Origin: Camelus ferus
Taxonomy: Eukaryota
Reading direction: 5' to 3'
DNA length: 64,000 bases
NCBI RefSeq assembly: GCF_009834535.1
Contig: NC_045697.1
Coordinates: 71,302,001 to 71,366,000, forward strand
Position numbers and translations under genes: made by a program. Numbering within the stretch: the stretch's first letter is position 1; every line of letters starts with the position of its first letter. Of the stretch, positions 49,836 to 63,539 are shown piece by piece. Below the pieces are notes generated by a model, which searched no databases, was not told the DNA's origin, and saw only the letters and a list, made by a program, of their open reading frames with translations.

Positions 49836-51613
49836 TAAGAAATTAAATAAACATGTGGCACTCATTCTTTTGTTGTAGGTGTTGTTTGGATCCTTTAGGG
49901 GGAAAAAAAGGTTTAAAAAACTTAAAACCAAAGAAAAGGGGTGGGAGAGAGAGAGAGACCACCTTTAAATGTTTTCTCCCCTGTTACTTTCTCCGTCTTC
50001 TGTCCATGAAAAAGAGTGAATGAAGTTCACATGCTAAGTCTTATGAACGAATCCACTCCTGTAATGCTTATCAGTCATCCCTTTTGAACATTCTTCAGGA
50101 AGGGCTTAGAACACTTGGAGAAGCCCTTGTACAGTTCCTTTGTCAATTGGGCAAGGGAAAGAGCTGTTGCCACACTGTTTTTAAATAAGTAAATCAAAAG
50201 TGGCTGCCGGGTGAACCGTTCACCATGCACTGTTGATGTAAATTGAAATAATCACTATAAATGAACAGAGTTAGAAACTGGGAAGGAGGTGGTTGGGACA
50301 ACTATTGGCTGTGGAATTGGAAATACAATTTCACTGTGAAGCGTTTCCAAAGATACTGCAGGCTAAAATTTCAAAGTATCTCCAGAGGATTTAGTTTTAT
50401 TACTCACACTGATGTCAGTGGGAACTGGGCAGTTATAGCCTCGGCTGCTCTCTGGAACTTTGCCTGACTACTCCTGTTTCAGCCATTAGAAATTATTTAT
50501 TTCACAGTCTCTCTCTGCCCTCCCCCCCCCTTCAAACAAACCAATCTCAAGTCATTGATGTTAAGGTAATCCCAGAAAAGTATTCCCAAAGAACAGCTCC
50601 TACCTCTGAACTGTCAGCTGGAGAATACAGATGACCCTCTTTGTGAAACAAAGATTGCCTATGAAAGCAGTTCTCTACATGTGAAAGCTTATCTTCTTGT
50701 TGACTTCCGTTACAAAATTGGAGACTTGCTCCCCTAGAAAATCTCTGACAAAGAAAATAGAAACGTATTTAAAGGCAGCAAATTTAGAAAACATATTTAA
50801 AACCATCTAATGCAATGTATATGAACATTTAAGCCCATGAGTTTGAAATAGTAAGTTATTTTTGTGTTTCGTAAGTTGGCTTTCATTTAAAAAGTGAATT
50901 AATCAATTCAAATAGGGGGAATAAAGCAATTGGATCAAAGTTTTTTTCAAGTTCTTTCTGTCTTCATTCCTTCACATTCTGTAACAGAATGTTGTTTGGA
51001 CAGACTGCTTCCTGGTAGTTTAAGAAAACTCCTATCTTGTCATTATTGTTTAAAATAATAAGCATGCTTACCTGGTTGAAGGGGAGGGAGACCATCAAGA
51101 AGCACAGCAAGAACAACAATTTAAATGATAAGAAACTGAGTTAACCATATTCATATTCCATAGTTCAATTTCATATTCTCTGAAAAGACAGTTTGCTAAG
51201 TGCTGTATTTATTCTATAGAGTTTTCATTTACTCTCAACTGAATTCCATTTTCTGGATGAAACATTGCCTTCCAGACTCAGTGAGGTCAGACCTGGCACC
51301 AGGTTCCCTTGACTTACTTTCCTAAACTCATCTCATTTTTGAGGATCCATTTCCCTGGACTCCTCTTTATTCTGTATTCTTCCACTTGCAAATTCTGATT
51401 TATATTTAATCAGTCAGCAACTAGGCAGCTGTCTCCAATACCTAATTGGTTGACAATATTGGCCAATTAATATTACCTACTGCCACTCATGGTCACTAGA
51501 AAAAAGATGCTGGCCTCTAGGGAGCACCATGGCTACTGTCTATACCACCACCTCACCACTGTCCCTCACTTCACTTTTGGATGTGCCAAGGGGGATATTT
51601 TACATTCAAGGAT

Positions 51614-52119
51614 TGTAGTGAACTACGAATGGCCAGGGATTCTATTTTGGTTTATTTTTCTTTCCTCTGAATTTGGGCCAGCCCTATGACTGCCTAACCA
51701 ATAGAATGAGGTAGAAGTGACACTGTGTCTTTTCAAGGCCTAGACTTGAAGAACCTGATAGTTTCAACTGCATCCTTTAAGTCCATGCTATTGGAATACA
51801 TTCTCTTAGACAGCATTTGATATACTGCAAGAAGCCTCACCCCCATGGCAAGGATGCATGCAGGTGTTCCAGACAGCAGTCCCAGTTGAGCTCCCAGCTA
51901 ACAGCCAGCATCAACTGCCAGCCATGTGAGAGAGCCATTGTGGATGCTCCCACCCGCCTAGCTTCTGAGCCCTCAAATGACTGCAGCCCCAGCCAGCATC
52001 AGGTGGAGGAGAAGAACTACCTTGCTGAGCCTAGTCAACTTGCAGAATTGTGAGGGAAAGTAGTGTTTTAAGCCATTAGATTTCAGGTGGTTTGTTACAC
52101 AGCTAGAGATAACAGAAAT
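51614..52119 (+). mobile_element. MaLR solo LTR, MLT1H/G-like
   Basis: accaatagaatgaggtagaagtgac, cagccagcatcaactgccagccatgtgag, ttttaagcca...gtggtttgttacacagc...gataac. Confidence 0.9.
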
Positions 52120-53589
52120 AGGGATATTTGTTCAGTTACGGTGCTAGGCACTGGAGATGTAAAAATGAGGAGAAAGGGGGTTTATGTCATGAGACTTTGC
52201 AGTATGGTTTCCCCCACATCTATGGTTTGCTCCTCCTCGTCCAGTATGTCATGTTATGTCTAGTCCAGTGGTGTGAGAAGCACTGAGCTCTCCTTTCTTT
52301 TGGGAGTTGGTAACCACGCTGCCTCCCTCTCCACCTGTGAACATTAGTTCTAGGTACCAGGAGGACCCTTAGGCCTGCCCAGGCTGGCCAAAAGATGCCT
52401 CATTCGTTCTGAGATGTTTCTAAGGTTCTGCAGTGGGGCCTGCTTGCCAAAGATTTCAGTAAGGTTTTTCCTCATTAGATGTTCTTTATCCATAACTCTC
52501 TGTCAGGGAACTTGAGGAAGGTGGCTGGGCAGGATCATATTTACATAATCATGGTCGTCAGCCCTGGCCATTTTCATGCTCTTCCCATCCATCACAGCCA
52601 TTTTCAGTTGGGCTTTTTAGAGAAAAGGATTGTGTGTCTCTGTGCTCCTACTATGCCCTGTGGTCTCCTAGAAGCAATAATCATGGCTTATTTTTTTCTG
52701 CCTCTAGCTTCTGGAAGAGTCTGTCACATAGCCCTCAGTGGAAATTTATGTAGCTAGATTGGAGCCCAGAACATTAAAGAACACTCAATTTATATGTCTT
52801 CCAACTTCAGTTAACTAGGAGTCTGGCTCTGTTGTGTTCTTTAACTTAGGACTGAAAAGTCAGTAATTAGTTAATTAACCCAAACAGATTTTTATATCAG
52901 CATCTTCCTGTCTACCCCTTATACCATCTGTTGCTTACTTTCAGGTATATTTTAGGTATAGGAACATTCACTTGCAAACGTAAGAACTATGTTTTTATAA
53001 ATGTCTTTGTGTTAATGGCTCCCATTCTTTTAATGTCCCTAACTCATCTTCAGTAATTTCTTGCCTGTTCTGTGACTGCTCAATCAGTGTTTTGGTATTA
53101 CTTCATAAAGAGTTATTTCAGTGCGTCATCACTTTGCCAGTACTAAATCTGGCTAAATTAGATTATAAAAATATTATCTGTTTTCTGGTGCTTTTGGTTT
53201 CTAGTCGGTATTGGGATTACTGCCGAATTCTCTATTACCCTCGATTCCAGGCTGTCACTTGTTAATGTTCTCTTTGTGCACAGTCTATACCAGCGTAATT
53301 CCTCCTCACATCTAAATTTGCATTTTATGTCATTGTTTTGATAGTAGTTCAGAAAGGAAAGTGTCAGTCCATACTATAAAATTCTCATTCTTTTTCATCA
53401 TCTTTTTTTATTCTTAGAGCATTCGATCCTCCATTTTTTAAAATGTACTTGTCATTCCATAGTGACACACTCACTGCCAATTCATTATGTTGATTGGTTA
53501 TGAACAATGCACCAAAGAAATGATAGACTAAATGGACCTTGTTTTTGCCCAAATGTTTTCTTGATTCAGCAAACCACCGAAGCTCTGAA

Positions 53590-54105
53590 GATGTCTAAAA
53601 TGGGCAGTTTGTGCCGCATGTTCTCCATCCACTTAACTCTTTGGATCCCCTTTATACTTTTGTTTCCCAACCTACTTTGTGCATGGAGAGGCTGCCATCT
53701 AAGGATTGAAGTCATGGGCCCTGTTGCCTCTGGTTTCTAGTTGGGTGTTCAGCCTATGGGAGGTACTGGCAGGAAATCGGACAAAGGGAAGATAAAGAAG
53801 GTACCACTTCCTGCTTCCCTCCACTTTTGCTTTAATATGATTCTGCTCCTGGGTTTTTCCTACACCAAAGGCCATAGCTGTTAAGGCGACCTTCTCCTTG
53901 ATAGGTGTGCATCTTGCTAGTTTTGCTAACCATTTCTTTTCCTCTTTAGGAGCTGCAATGTCTTCTTACAGATTCTAGCCCTGGGGATTTTCCACCATTC
54001 CTTCTTGTTTCTTTTAAGCTTGCCTATGCCTTGTAAATTGTTTCTTCAGTAAATTGTCTTCAATCACTTCTATTATGCCATCTCTTTCCCTGCCAGGAAT
54101 CTCAA
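53590..54105 (+). mobile_element. LTR33-like ERVL LTR
   Basis: gcctctggtttctagttggg...atgggaggtactggcaggaaatcgga...ttgtaaattg...tgccatctctttccctgccagga. Confidence 0.75.
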
Positions 54106-57100
54106 GGGTTAAAATTTCAAGTATTTATAAGCTATCTTCAATTTTTAGGCTACAGAGAACTTTGAATTGTATATTCCTTAAAAGTCAGATCATACTGCAT
54201 AAATTTAGGCAAGACCTGGAACAACGCATATGCCTGACAGTGAATATTTAAAAGTCATTAACTCACTTCTCTCCATTGCCTACCAAAGAGCAATGTTTCT
54301 ATTCCTTTGCTATTTATTTTCAAAATTCAAAATTATGTATCTATGAATTATGTATCTCCCTATCTATATCTTAGTCAGCTTGTGGCCATCTCATTTACTC
54401 AGTAGAAACCCCAAATTCTCCTGTTTTGGTTATGAACTTAAAAATTCACAGAATTCCCAGAGAAGAGAGTTAAATTTTGTTGGAAACCTAGTCTTCCCTC
54501 AGTATTACCTTTATGTTTCTTTTAGGGTGACCAAAAACTTCTGGTCCTTTGATGGGTTTTTCTGGTCAGACTCACTATATCAAAAAAGTATATATTCTTT
54601 TCTTATGTATAAAGGGAAATGAAAACTCTGGTTTCTATTATTACCTTTAATACTATTATTTTACTTGATTTTTTTAAATTTATAAGACATATTCTTTTCC
54701 CGCTTTAGGAGAAAAAATGTATTTTGGATACCCTAAGGAAATAATCAGTATATGATGACATGTTATCTTTATAGCATTCTAAATTCTTTGTTTAGTAGTC
54801 ATTTCTAAATATAAAAGATTAGATTATTTTACTAGCATTATATAAATAATTTTTTGCTATAAGTAACTATTTTTCACAACTATTTTTTAAGATAGAACTT
54901 GTAGTACCAAAATGCTGGGCATATGTTTAAGTGCCTTAGATCGATTTCCTCAAACACTGAGGAAAACTGGTATTTTCCTCAATCTCTGAAACTCCTGTTA
55001 ATGCATCAGTTTTAACACTGGAGACATTCATAGAAGAAAAGTGATTCTATTTGCAAGTGGAAGAAATACATTTTACTATTCCATGACAAAAACATATTGT
55101 CTATAGATTTCCTATTTCAGAAGACCAACAAGTGAACTAGCATACTTACTCTCAGTAAGAATCTCCTTTTTCTTCATCCTCCATCTTCATCAAAGGAAAT
55201 GTGTAAATTTTAATTTAAAATATAAAAAGAGATGTTCATGAGCATTTTTACCCAGCACTTACAAGCTCTTCTTTGGAACAACTCTGGACAACAGTTGTTA
55301 TTATTACTACCTTCCGTTTAAAGCTGCCTTCCAAACCAAGGTGACTGATTCCAAGATCAGTACTCTTTTCAGATCACCCTGGTGGATGTGTAAAGAAAGA
55401 CTGGTCTTTTCCATAAATTTTTCATTTTCACAAGCAATTATAAAGAGAATAACCATCCTCATTAAGAATAATTTATAATAGAGCAAACTGAGTGATGGAC
55501 AATTGCTCTGGGTTTCAACTTAGAGGTGGGGAGTCATGCCCTTCTCTCCAGATTATTTTGGCACTTCCTAGAGGAGCAGGGAGCTGAAGGATTTTCCTCT
55601 GCTTTATTGCCAAGTCATGCTTTTGGTGCATAGTGATACTCCTGGAGTACTTGTTTGACCTTGTTGATTTCTTCTTGATTGCAGCCTTATGTTGTAATAT
55701 TGTCTTAAGCTGTTTTTTTTTCCTGTTTCTAAGTATTTTCTATATTTTGCTGTTTACTTGGGCCTATATTTTAGAGTTAGAAAGTTGTTGAGATACTATC
55801 CTCAATCTAAAGACTAACTGTGGATCTTTCTTCTGTTACTTCTTTATAGCAATTTTCTTTGTTTTCACTAAAGCCAGCCTTTTCTACCAGCTCTTACTTT
55901 ACTAGTTCTGAATTATCTCATTACGTTTAATCACAGTCTCAAGGAAAAACCCATATATAATACTAATTCTAGTGGACTATAATCCAGTCTTCTTTATAAA
56001 CCAAATGATGAACTTTATACTGAAACATACATTTATACCATGTATGACCATGCATCCATATAATATATGCTCTACATACCTATTCTGTAGAATACAGAAC
56101 TTTTATTCTCCAAAACATGGTACTCAGCTGGTTACCAGTCTTCAAGGTCCTTTTCTCAGGTACTTTACAATCTATATTTTGAAGGTGATTTAATCCTTAA
56201 TTCAGTAGTGTCTCAATTCCATTTAACATCATCGTATCGTCAACTTATTTCCTGCTTAGAGAGTTTTAATCCTGCCACTTGTCATTGAATTCTAACTGCC
56301 TTATTTCTTTGGTACCTCTTATCTTACAAGAATTTACTTTTCCTTCTTACTCTAGATGAGAACAAAATTTCAAAATAAAATTTTAATAAAAACCAGTTCT
56401 AAGATCTTAGTCATTCTATTTCAGGATAGAAGCACAGATTAATATATTTCTACTATAGACCAGTCTTTTAAATTTTGTATATGATTAGAAAATGCAGAGT
56501 GACATTTCAGTCCATGAGTTTGGTAGCTCTGTAGCGCTCAGAAGGTGTTTAGATTTGTCCAGTGCATGATCATAGTGAATACCCAAAATTTATATTAGTG
56601 ATGGTCTGTTTATTTTGGGGTAGGGGGCATCCCTCCTCTCTTCTGACTCTATCCATTACCCAGGCATAGATCATACCCTTACTTGGAGCACCTCTAACCA
56701 AACAACAGCAGCAAACAGCAACACTCCAACTTGTTCAGAGATTTGAGTATTGATTTTAAAGTATAAAATACATAATCAAAATCAAAGGACAGTGATAAAG
56801 ACATCTCCCAAGCCTCCTGAAGGTACTGTATGTAAGGAAAGGGAAGACTCTGAGATTTAGTATCTAATATAAGATATATATCATGCTCCGCCTGGCACCT
56901 ACAGCTGTTTTTCACTTCCAAGAGACTCAAAACTAGAAATTCAAGGCAAAAAAGAGAAAAGGAAAAAGAGAGAGGATTCTGTAGAAAGCAGATAATGAAA
57001 AAACCTAAGCTCAGCATAACACACCATCTCTATATTTATCATCTCTTTTCTTGGAGAACTGAGCTTGTCAAATATCTTAATTCTCATTTTACTTCTTTTA

Positions 57101-58719
57101 ACTGGGATTTGACTTTTTGTGGGGTTTTTCCCCAAGATTTAAGCAGAATTTTTCCCCCAATTTGATTTTCTTACAAATTCCAGGAGTTGATTTTCATAAT
57201 GCTCAAAGGAGAAAGTTCATTATTCAGTAAGATCTTTTGCTTCCAGCACTAGTAAGAAAAAGTAGCCTGTGAAAACTCTCCAACGATCTGTTCTGTCCAG
57301 GAGTGGAAGTCTCCTTGGTCTGAAGAAATGAGTCAACCTTACGTATGGACAAGAATGGAAGACCCAGGGAACAGTAAGTGCTGTTTGGTAGATAATGTTT
57401 TAGGGTGGATTTTGAGTAATGATGTAACATTATTTGTGCAAGGACTACAGTGACCCTGGACATAACATTTGATGGGTAGACCCACCTTGATATCAAGCCT
57501 TGGGTCTTACTCAACATTTAATACCCAGTTTCTTGTAGTAGAGGTTCAGTGAACATTTGAAGCTCAGTGAATATTTTTTAACCTAGTGCTCCCTTACTTG
57601 CGTGCTTCAAGACTATCTAGGGCAGACACTCCATCTTCTATTTCATTTGTATTTCTCATAAAGTCCTAGAAATTGCAGTAACCTTGTAAATAGTAGAATC
57701 TCAAAGAATCTGACTAGAGAATTGGTAATTTCTAATTAACTGAGCTAGCTATATCCAATGGAATATTCCACAGCCATTACACACAGTATTTTGGCAGAAT
57801 TTTGAATAACTTGGGACATTTTTGGGATGTAATGCTAAGTTAAAAAAAAATCAGGACGTTAGTGTCATGGTTTTTCTCACTTACCTTTCTTGAACATTTT
57901 CCAGTGTTTTTAATTATTCCAAAAATATTTTTAAAATAATAGTAATTAACTAAGCTAGGCATAATGAATTGTGTGAGGGAGAAAAGGTTTTTTTTTCCCC
58001 TCTTTTTTCCAGTTGTATAAATTCAGTTTGGCAATGGGGCAAAATATACTTCTCCCAAAAGTTTACCTTTGAGGACTAATTAGCTGTAGTCATATCCTGG
58101 TATTACATCTGGTCTGCTTTATATGTAAAAGCTTTGACTCCTAAAGTCATGTATTTAGTGCTTATTTTTTGTGGCATCTAAAGCCCTTCCCTAAAATAGT
58201 TTTCATTTTCTGGGATTTTCTTATTGTTTCATAAGATGTTTGAATTTTATGAAACCTCAGGTATCATTTGGCTTAAATACCTCATAATGTAGATGAAGAA
58301 ATTGAAGTTCAGAGTAATAAATGGGAAATAAAGAAGCATCACCTATTGTAAATTAAATATGTGCTAGACATTATGCTCTACTACATGCATACGTTATCAA
58401 TTTTATACTTGCAAGTTAACCTTCATTTTATAAATGGACATCTATTTAACCTTTGACTCCCCTGGCCAACAAGAAAATACCTCAGAACTTACTGGCATAC
58501 ATTAATTGAGAATTATTTTAATCACCACAGGGATTAATACACTTTTTCAGAAACCACATAAAAATTGTTGGTGATTAAAAACCAATTAAAAGAGTCGGAT
58601 TTTGATTGATGCACTATACTTTTCCCAGTTTCCTTGATCTACAAGGCAGCCTTAACAATCCTTTTACTCGTAAAACATAATGGCATTTTAAAATTAGTAT
58701 ACAGAAGGTAATTACCTAG

Positions 58720-59078
58720 CATAGACCATTCTCTCCTTCAACAGTAACAGAACCCTTACCTTCATTCCAGGTAGAAACACATCCAAGTAAAAGATTATGT
58801 TTCCCAGTCTCCTCTGTGTCTGGGGATGAATGCTGGGATGTCAACAAGAGATGTTGGATGAGGCTTATTAGAAAGCAATTTTCCCCCTTGCCCCTTCCTA
58901 TAATTTTCTGTCTGGATCATGAATATGATGACTGGAGCTCTAGAGGACAGGGACAGTGTGGTTTCCTGGTGGCACTAGAGAGCTGCCGTGCTGAACTTCT
59001 TCTAGATTAGAGAATAAATTCATGTGTTTAAACCACTGTTGTCGGATTTCTGTGACTAGCCTCAATTCCCAACTGATA
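58720..59078 (+). mobile_element. Old MaLR LTR (MLT1J/K-like)
   Basis: agtaacagaaccc, tttcccagtctcct, tgatgactggagct, aataaa...tgtttaaaccactgtt...ggatttctgt. Confidence 0.7.
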
Positions 59079-59349
59079 CGCCATTTTTGACAAATTTGGA
59101 AGAGCTCATTAGTATTTTTAAACTGTGCTCCATCGCTTTATTGTTTCTTGATGTTCAGGCAGTTGTCTGGGAAGGATTGGAAAGAAGGAAGGCATGATTC
59201 TCAACTTCTCTGTGCCTGTCCATGTAAACACCTTTTATTTCATCTGTTTTATTGTTTAGCCATCCATGTGGCATTTCATTTGAACCAGAGTCCCATAGCT
59301 TAAAGTAATTTTGAAAACCACTAAATTCTAGATCCAAATTCTCACCACA

Positions 59350-59590
59350 TAATTGCTAAAACAATTACTATGTTTCAGGCATTCTTCTAAGTGTTTAATC
59401 TGTAATAAATCATGTAACTCTCTCAGTAACCCTGTGAAGTAAGTGCTATTACTATTCCCATCCCACACACAAGGAAACCAAGGCACAAAAATACTAATTT
59501 GTGCAAGATTGCAAATCCTGTATGTGGCGTAGCTGAGGTTCGGACGTGGGGCAACTTGCCCCACAATCCAAGCTTTGAACCACCATCCTG
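59350..59590 (-). mobile_element. MIR SINE
   Basis: ttactatgtttcaggca...aaccctgtgaagtaagtgctattactattcccat...aggaaaccaaggcaca. Confidence 0.8.
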
Positions 59591-60839
59591 TGTCTACACA
59601 TGATCACTAAATTAATGCTCATGGAATGTAAGTGGTTTTCTCAAGTTAAAACAGCAAATTTGTGGGAGACCTGAAGAAGCTCTCAGATCACTCAACTCTA
59701 ATGTTCTTCCCAGAACACCAAGCAGTAGCCTCCGTCTCTTCTTAACAATTTTTTTCCATATGACAAAATAAAATTTAAGTCACTGTTCTAGCTGCTGCAG
59801 TTGCAAATGAATGACACCCATTATAGATTAATTCAAATTTCAATTTCTAGCTTCTTTGTAAAAAATAATTCTCCTGAACAGAATAGCAGTAACACCATAG
59901 TTGGCTGAAACCTTTTTTACCCCCTTGCATTCTTTTAAATGTTAATGTCATCTCTCTCCATATCCTTCAAACCTTCTATTAATCCCAGACTTTGAAAAGG
60001 TTTATAAATTTTAGAATGCAAGTTGTCTAGTCTCGAACAGCTGGTAAAATCTGCCTTAAAACCTTGCTTCAAGCCCTACTTAAATCACGTAAGCATCAGT
60101 TGAACACCTCTACCGTTTCCTCTGCTGATACATTAGCAAGTCTAGCCTCATGACTTTTTCCTTATAAAACCACCAATGCACAATATTAAACAGCATATTT
60201 TCTATTAGAATGTAGAATTCTAATTCTATAAGACATTATGGCTGTGTACAAGAAAAAAAATCGGTTTTCTAGAGGAAATTTCTGCCTGCAAACATTTCTC
60301 CAAGATGTACATATTCTGTTTTTAAAATTTTAACCTACAAAATTTTATTAACTTAACATAAGTAATCATTTTACTTAATTCTGTGATTAAGATCTCTTAT
60401 AGGCCTTTCATTCCACTACCTATTGTCTATAGTTTTCTTACAAAATAAAAGATTCCAAAATAAGGGAAACAATACTTTTAGAATAGTACAGATGTCAGCT
60501 CTTGGCTGTTTTCTCCACTAATGGTTAAAACAGACTTTTGTTACCAGTTATCTCTATATGGAAGGTTTATTTATATAACTTTTGTAGATGTAGAGTTAGA
60601 ATATTATCATAATTCTGCTGAGTAACTTTTCAGGTCCATGCAAGCTATATAGAAATGATTAGAGAAATGGCTTTGTAAGTTTCCTTTAGCCCATCTTAAT
60701 TTAAATTACGTCAGTTTTTAAAGACACTCACTTCACTTTACAATTTGCCCAGAGTTACTAGTATTGTTATTCATTCATTAGTGAAAGGTGGAAGAAGTCA
60801 AAGAATGGAATTATTAATCACCCAAAGCCTCATTATCCT

Positions 60840-61000
60840 GAACGGGCTTACTAGAATAATCATCTGAGACCTCAGAAGTACAGATTTCTAAGTGGACACC
60901 AGAACTGCTGACTTAAAACCTCCTGGAGTGGGCCCAGGGCTTGTAATCTTAAAAGTTCCTCCAGTGATTCTGATGTACAGTTAGGTTTCCAAAACCAGAT
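60840..61000. mobile_element. MER5B-like MITE
   Basis: tagaataatcatctgag...ctggagtgggcccagg...ccagtgattctgatgtacagttaggttt. Confidence 0.6.
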
Positions 61001-61329
61001 TTAAAGAAAAACTGCCTTAGTCATGTGAAATGTAAACTATTCTAAAAATTATGCTTTAAAATTCAGGAATTCATGTTTCATAAATTTCAATACTATGGAT
61101 AATTTATAAATATAAATAACTAGAAATATTTACATACAACAATCACATAGATGTGTGTGTCATCTCCTCTTTTCCAACAGGTTCTTCCATTTAAAACTTA
61201 GAAATGTATCTAAGAAGTCTTTATAATGGGAAAGAGTGGTTGAGAGGGAAAGACAATATAAAGGGTGGAGGATAAAAAGGAATGATAAAGAAGGGAAAAT
61301 TTGGAAACCAATTTTCTTTATGCATTAAT

Positions 61330-62310
61330 TCAATGATTTTTTTCTCACTTACAAAAGATTATAGTTTTTCTGTGAAAAGTTTAGAACATACAAACATGTA
61401 TAAAAAGGTGAACATATATAACTATTGTTAATATTTTATAATTATCTTTCTAATCTTCCTATTAAACATACCAGTAAAAAATTTGGAATCATACTATATA
61501 TGCTGTGTGGTAATTTCATCTTTCCATTCAGCATTATTGAGATCAATTTTTCAAGTCATTGAACATTGTTCTATGCCTTGATTTTTAATGTCAGCAAAAT
61601 ATTCTATTACATGAATGAATATTTGGCCACTCCATGTTTCAGAACCTTTGTCTCATTTTTAACATTATGAGTAATGTTATTATAAATATGTATGTAACTT
61701 TTATATATAATGAGAATACTATTTGCTTTGCATCCTCACAGGGTTTTAAAAATAAACGTATTTCACAAATTGATAGATAAAAAGGGTGACTTAGTATTTA
61801 ATTTGCACTTCTTTGATTGCTATTGAAGATGAATATTTGTCCCTAAGGGTAATGGCCTTATTTTTCTTTATTTTTTGAGGTTGCCTATTTATATTCTTTT
61901 GCCTATTTTTTTCAACAGGCATTCTCATTTTTTTCTTAATCATTTCTAAGAATATTTTAATCAAGGATGTTAAACCCCTGTTTATCCAGATATTATGTAA
62001 TTATTTCCTAGTGGTTTATTTTTAACTTGTAAAATATTTGATTTTTTAACTGTATGTATTCCATTTTTATATGGTCATATTTGCTGTTCTTTATGGCTCC
62101 TGTTCTTGCTTTTATTCCCTGTTCAAGTCAAGATGAAATATATTCACTATATATTTCTTAAGCCTTTTTGGATTGTTGTATATAACTTTTTAATATACCT
62201 GAAATTTATTCTGGAGTATAGTTTGAGGTTTGGCTCTAATTGTATTTTGCTCCCGAATAGTTTGCATTTGGCTCAGTGGTTTCCAATAAGTAATATATAT
62301 TCTTTCTCCA
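61330..62310 (-). mobile_element. Old L1ME-like 3' region
   Basis: ggaatcatactatatatgctg, tttaatttgcacttctttgattgctattgaag, cctgaaatttattctgg. Confidence 0.7.
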
Positions 62311-63219
62311 CTGATACATGTGACAACTTTAGAGAAAATGCATGTCATTAGAAAGCAACTCCAATATGCAATTGCAACTATTTTTGTTTGCCCTCACCCT
62401 GTGATACCATGGAGGCAGTGTCCATGTTTCTCTCCCCGGGTGCTCTCCTCTGGTGCCCTGTAACATCATGGCTTGTGACATTACTCTCATATCCTCACAG
62501 CACAAAGCAGCAGTGATGTCTCCAACTCCTTTTCCTCTGTGTATCTGAAATATGTCAGCTTCTCTGCCCTGTCACCTTCTCCTATACGCCACCAACATTT
62601 CTTGCCTAAACTACTACAAAACCTCTTAATTATCTTATGCCTATAACTGTCTCTCTGTCTTCCCACATAATTTTCTACATCTATCTCTATTACATATATA
62701 TAAATGTTTGTACTTTGGTTCTGATAGTCACCTTTATACTGCTACCTTTTACAAAATGTCCTTAATTCCTTTTTTTTTGTTGCTATTTTCTATTGGTATC
62801 CTGTTAAGAGCTTTATTGAAGTAAGCTAGTATCATCATATTCTCCCTTCAACTTCACCTCACCTAGAATCTGATTTGATTAAAACTGAGTAGTGATAGGT
62901 CTCAGAAACTTCCAAATCTTTACTTCCAGAATGAGAGTTATCCCTTCCTAAACTGGAATTTCTGTAGGTAGAATTGAAGTTACATAGATTTGGGAGTACC
63001 TGGGGAGGCAGAGAAAGAGTGAAAGGAAGGTTCAAAGAGACATCCTAAAATGGCAGATCTCAGAGAGCACGTCCTCCTAGAAGAAAAGGAATACATCCAA
63101 AAGGAAATTGTGTCCCTTCACAATTTCATCCAGGGAGAGTGCCAGGGAAGCCAGGGATGAGAGGCCCTGTGAATGAGGTTGGGTTCTGGGATGTAAAAGT
63201 GGCATATTTTAAATTAAAA

Positions 63220-63410
63220 AAACTTTTAATTTTAGTAAAATACACATAAGAATATTTACAATCGTAACCATTTTTTTAGTGTACTATTCAGTAGTGTTAA
63301 GTATGTTCACATTGTTGCACAGTCAATCCTCAGAACTCTTTTCATCTTGCAGAACTGAAACTCCATCCCCAGTAAACAACAAGTCCCCATTCTACACTCC
63401 CCACAGCCCC
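63220..63410 (-). mobile_element. L1MB-like 3' end
   Basis: aaccatttttttagtgtactattcagtagtgttaagtatgttcacattgttgca...cagaactcttttcatcttgcagaactgaaactc. Confidence 0.85.
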
Positions 63411-63539
63411 AGAGGGGTTATATTTTAAGGAAACTAAAGAGAGATCCCCCTACCAATGAAACCTGGGCAGCTGCCTTGGCCTTTCTCCTCTATTCCAGGA
63501 GCTTCTTGCTAATAGCTAGTTTCAAAGAATTCAGCTACT

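Noticed and set aside
51064..51100. Resemblance to the U1 snRNA 5' end (atgcttacctgg...ggggag...accat)
   Set aside because: Similarity is gapped and ends after ~30 nt, with no U1 body or Sm site. A minus-strand donor motif or chance explains it.
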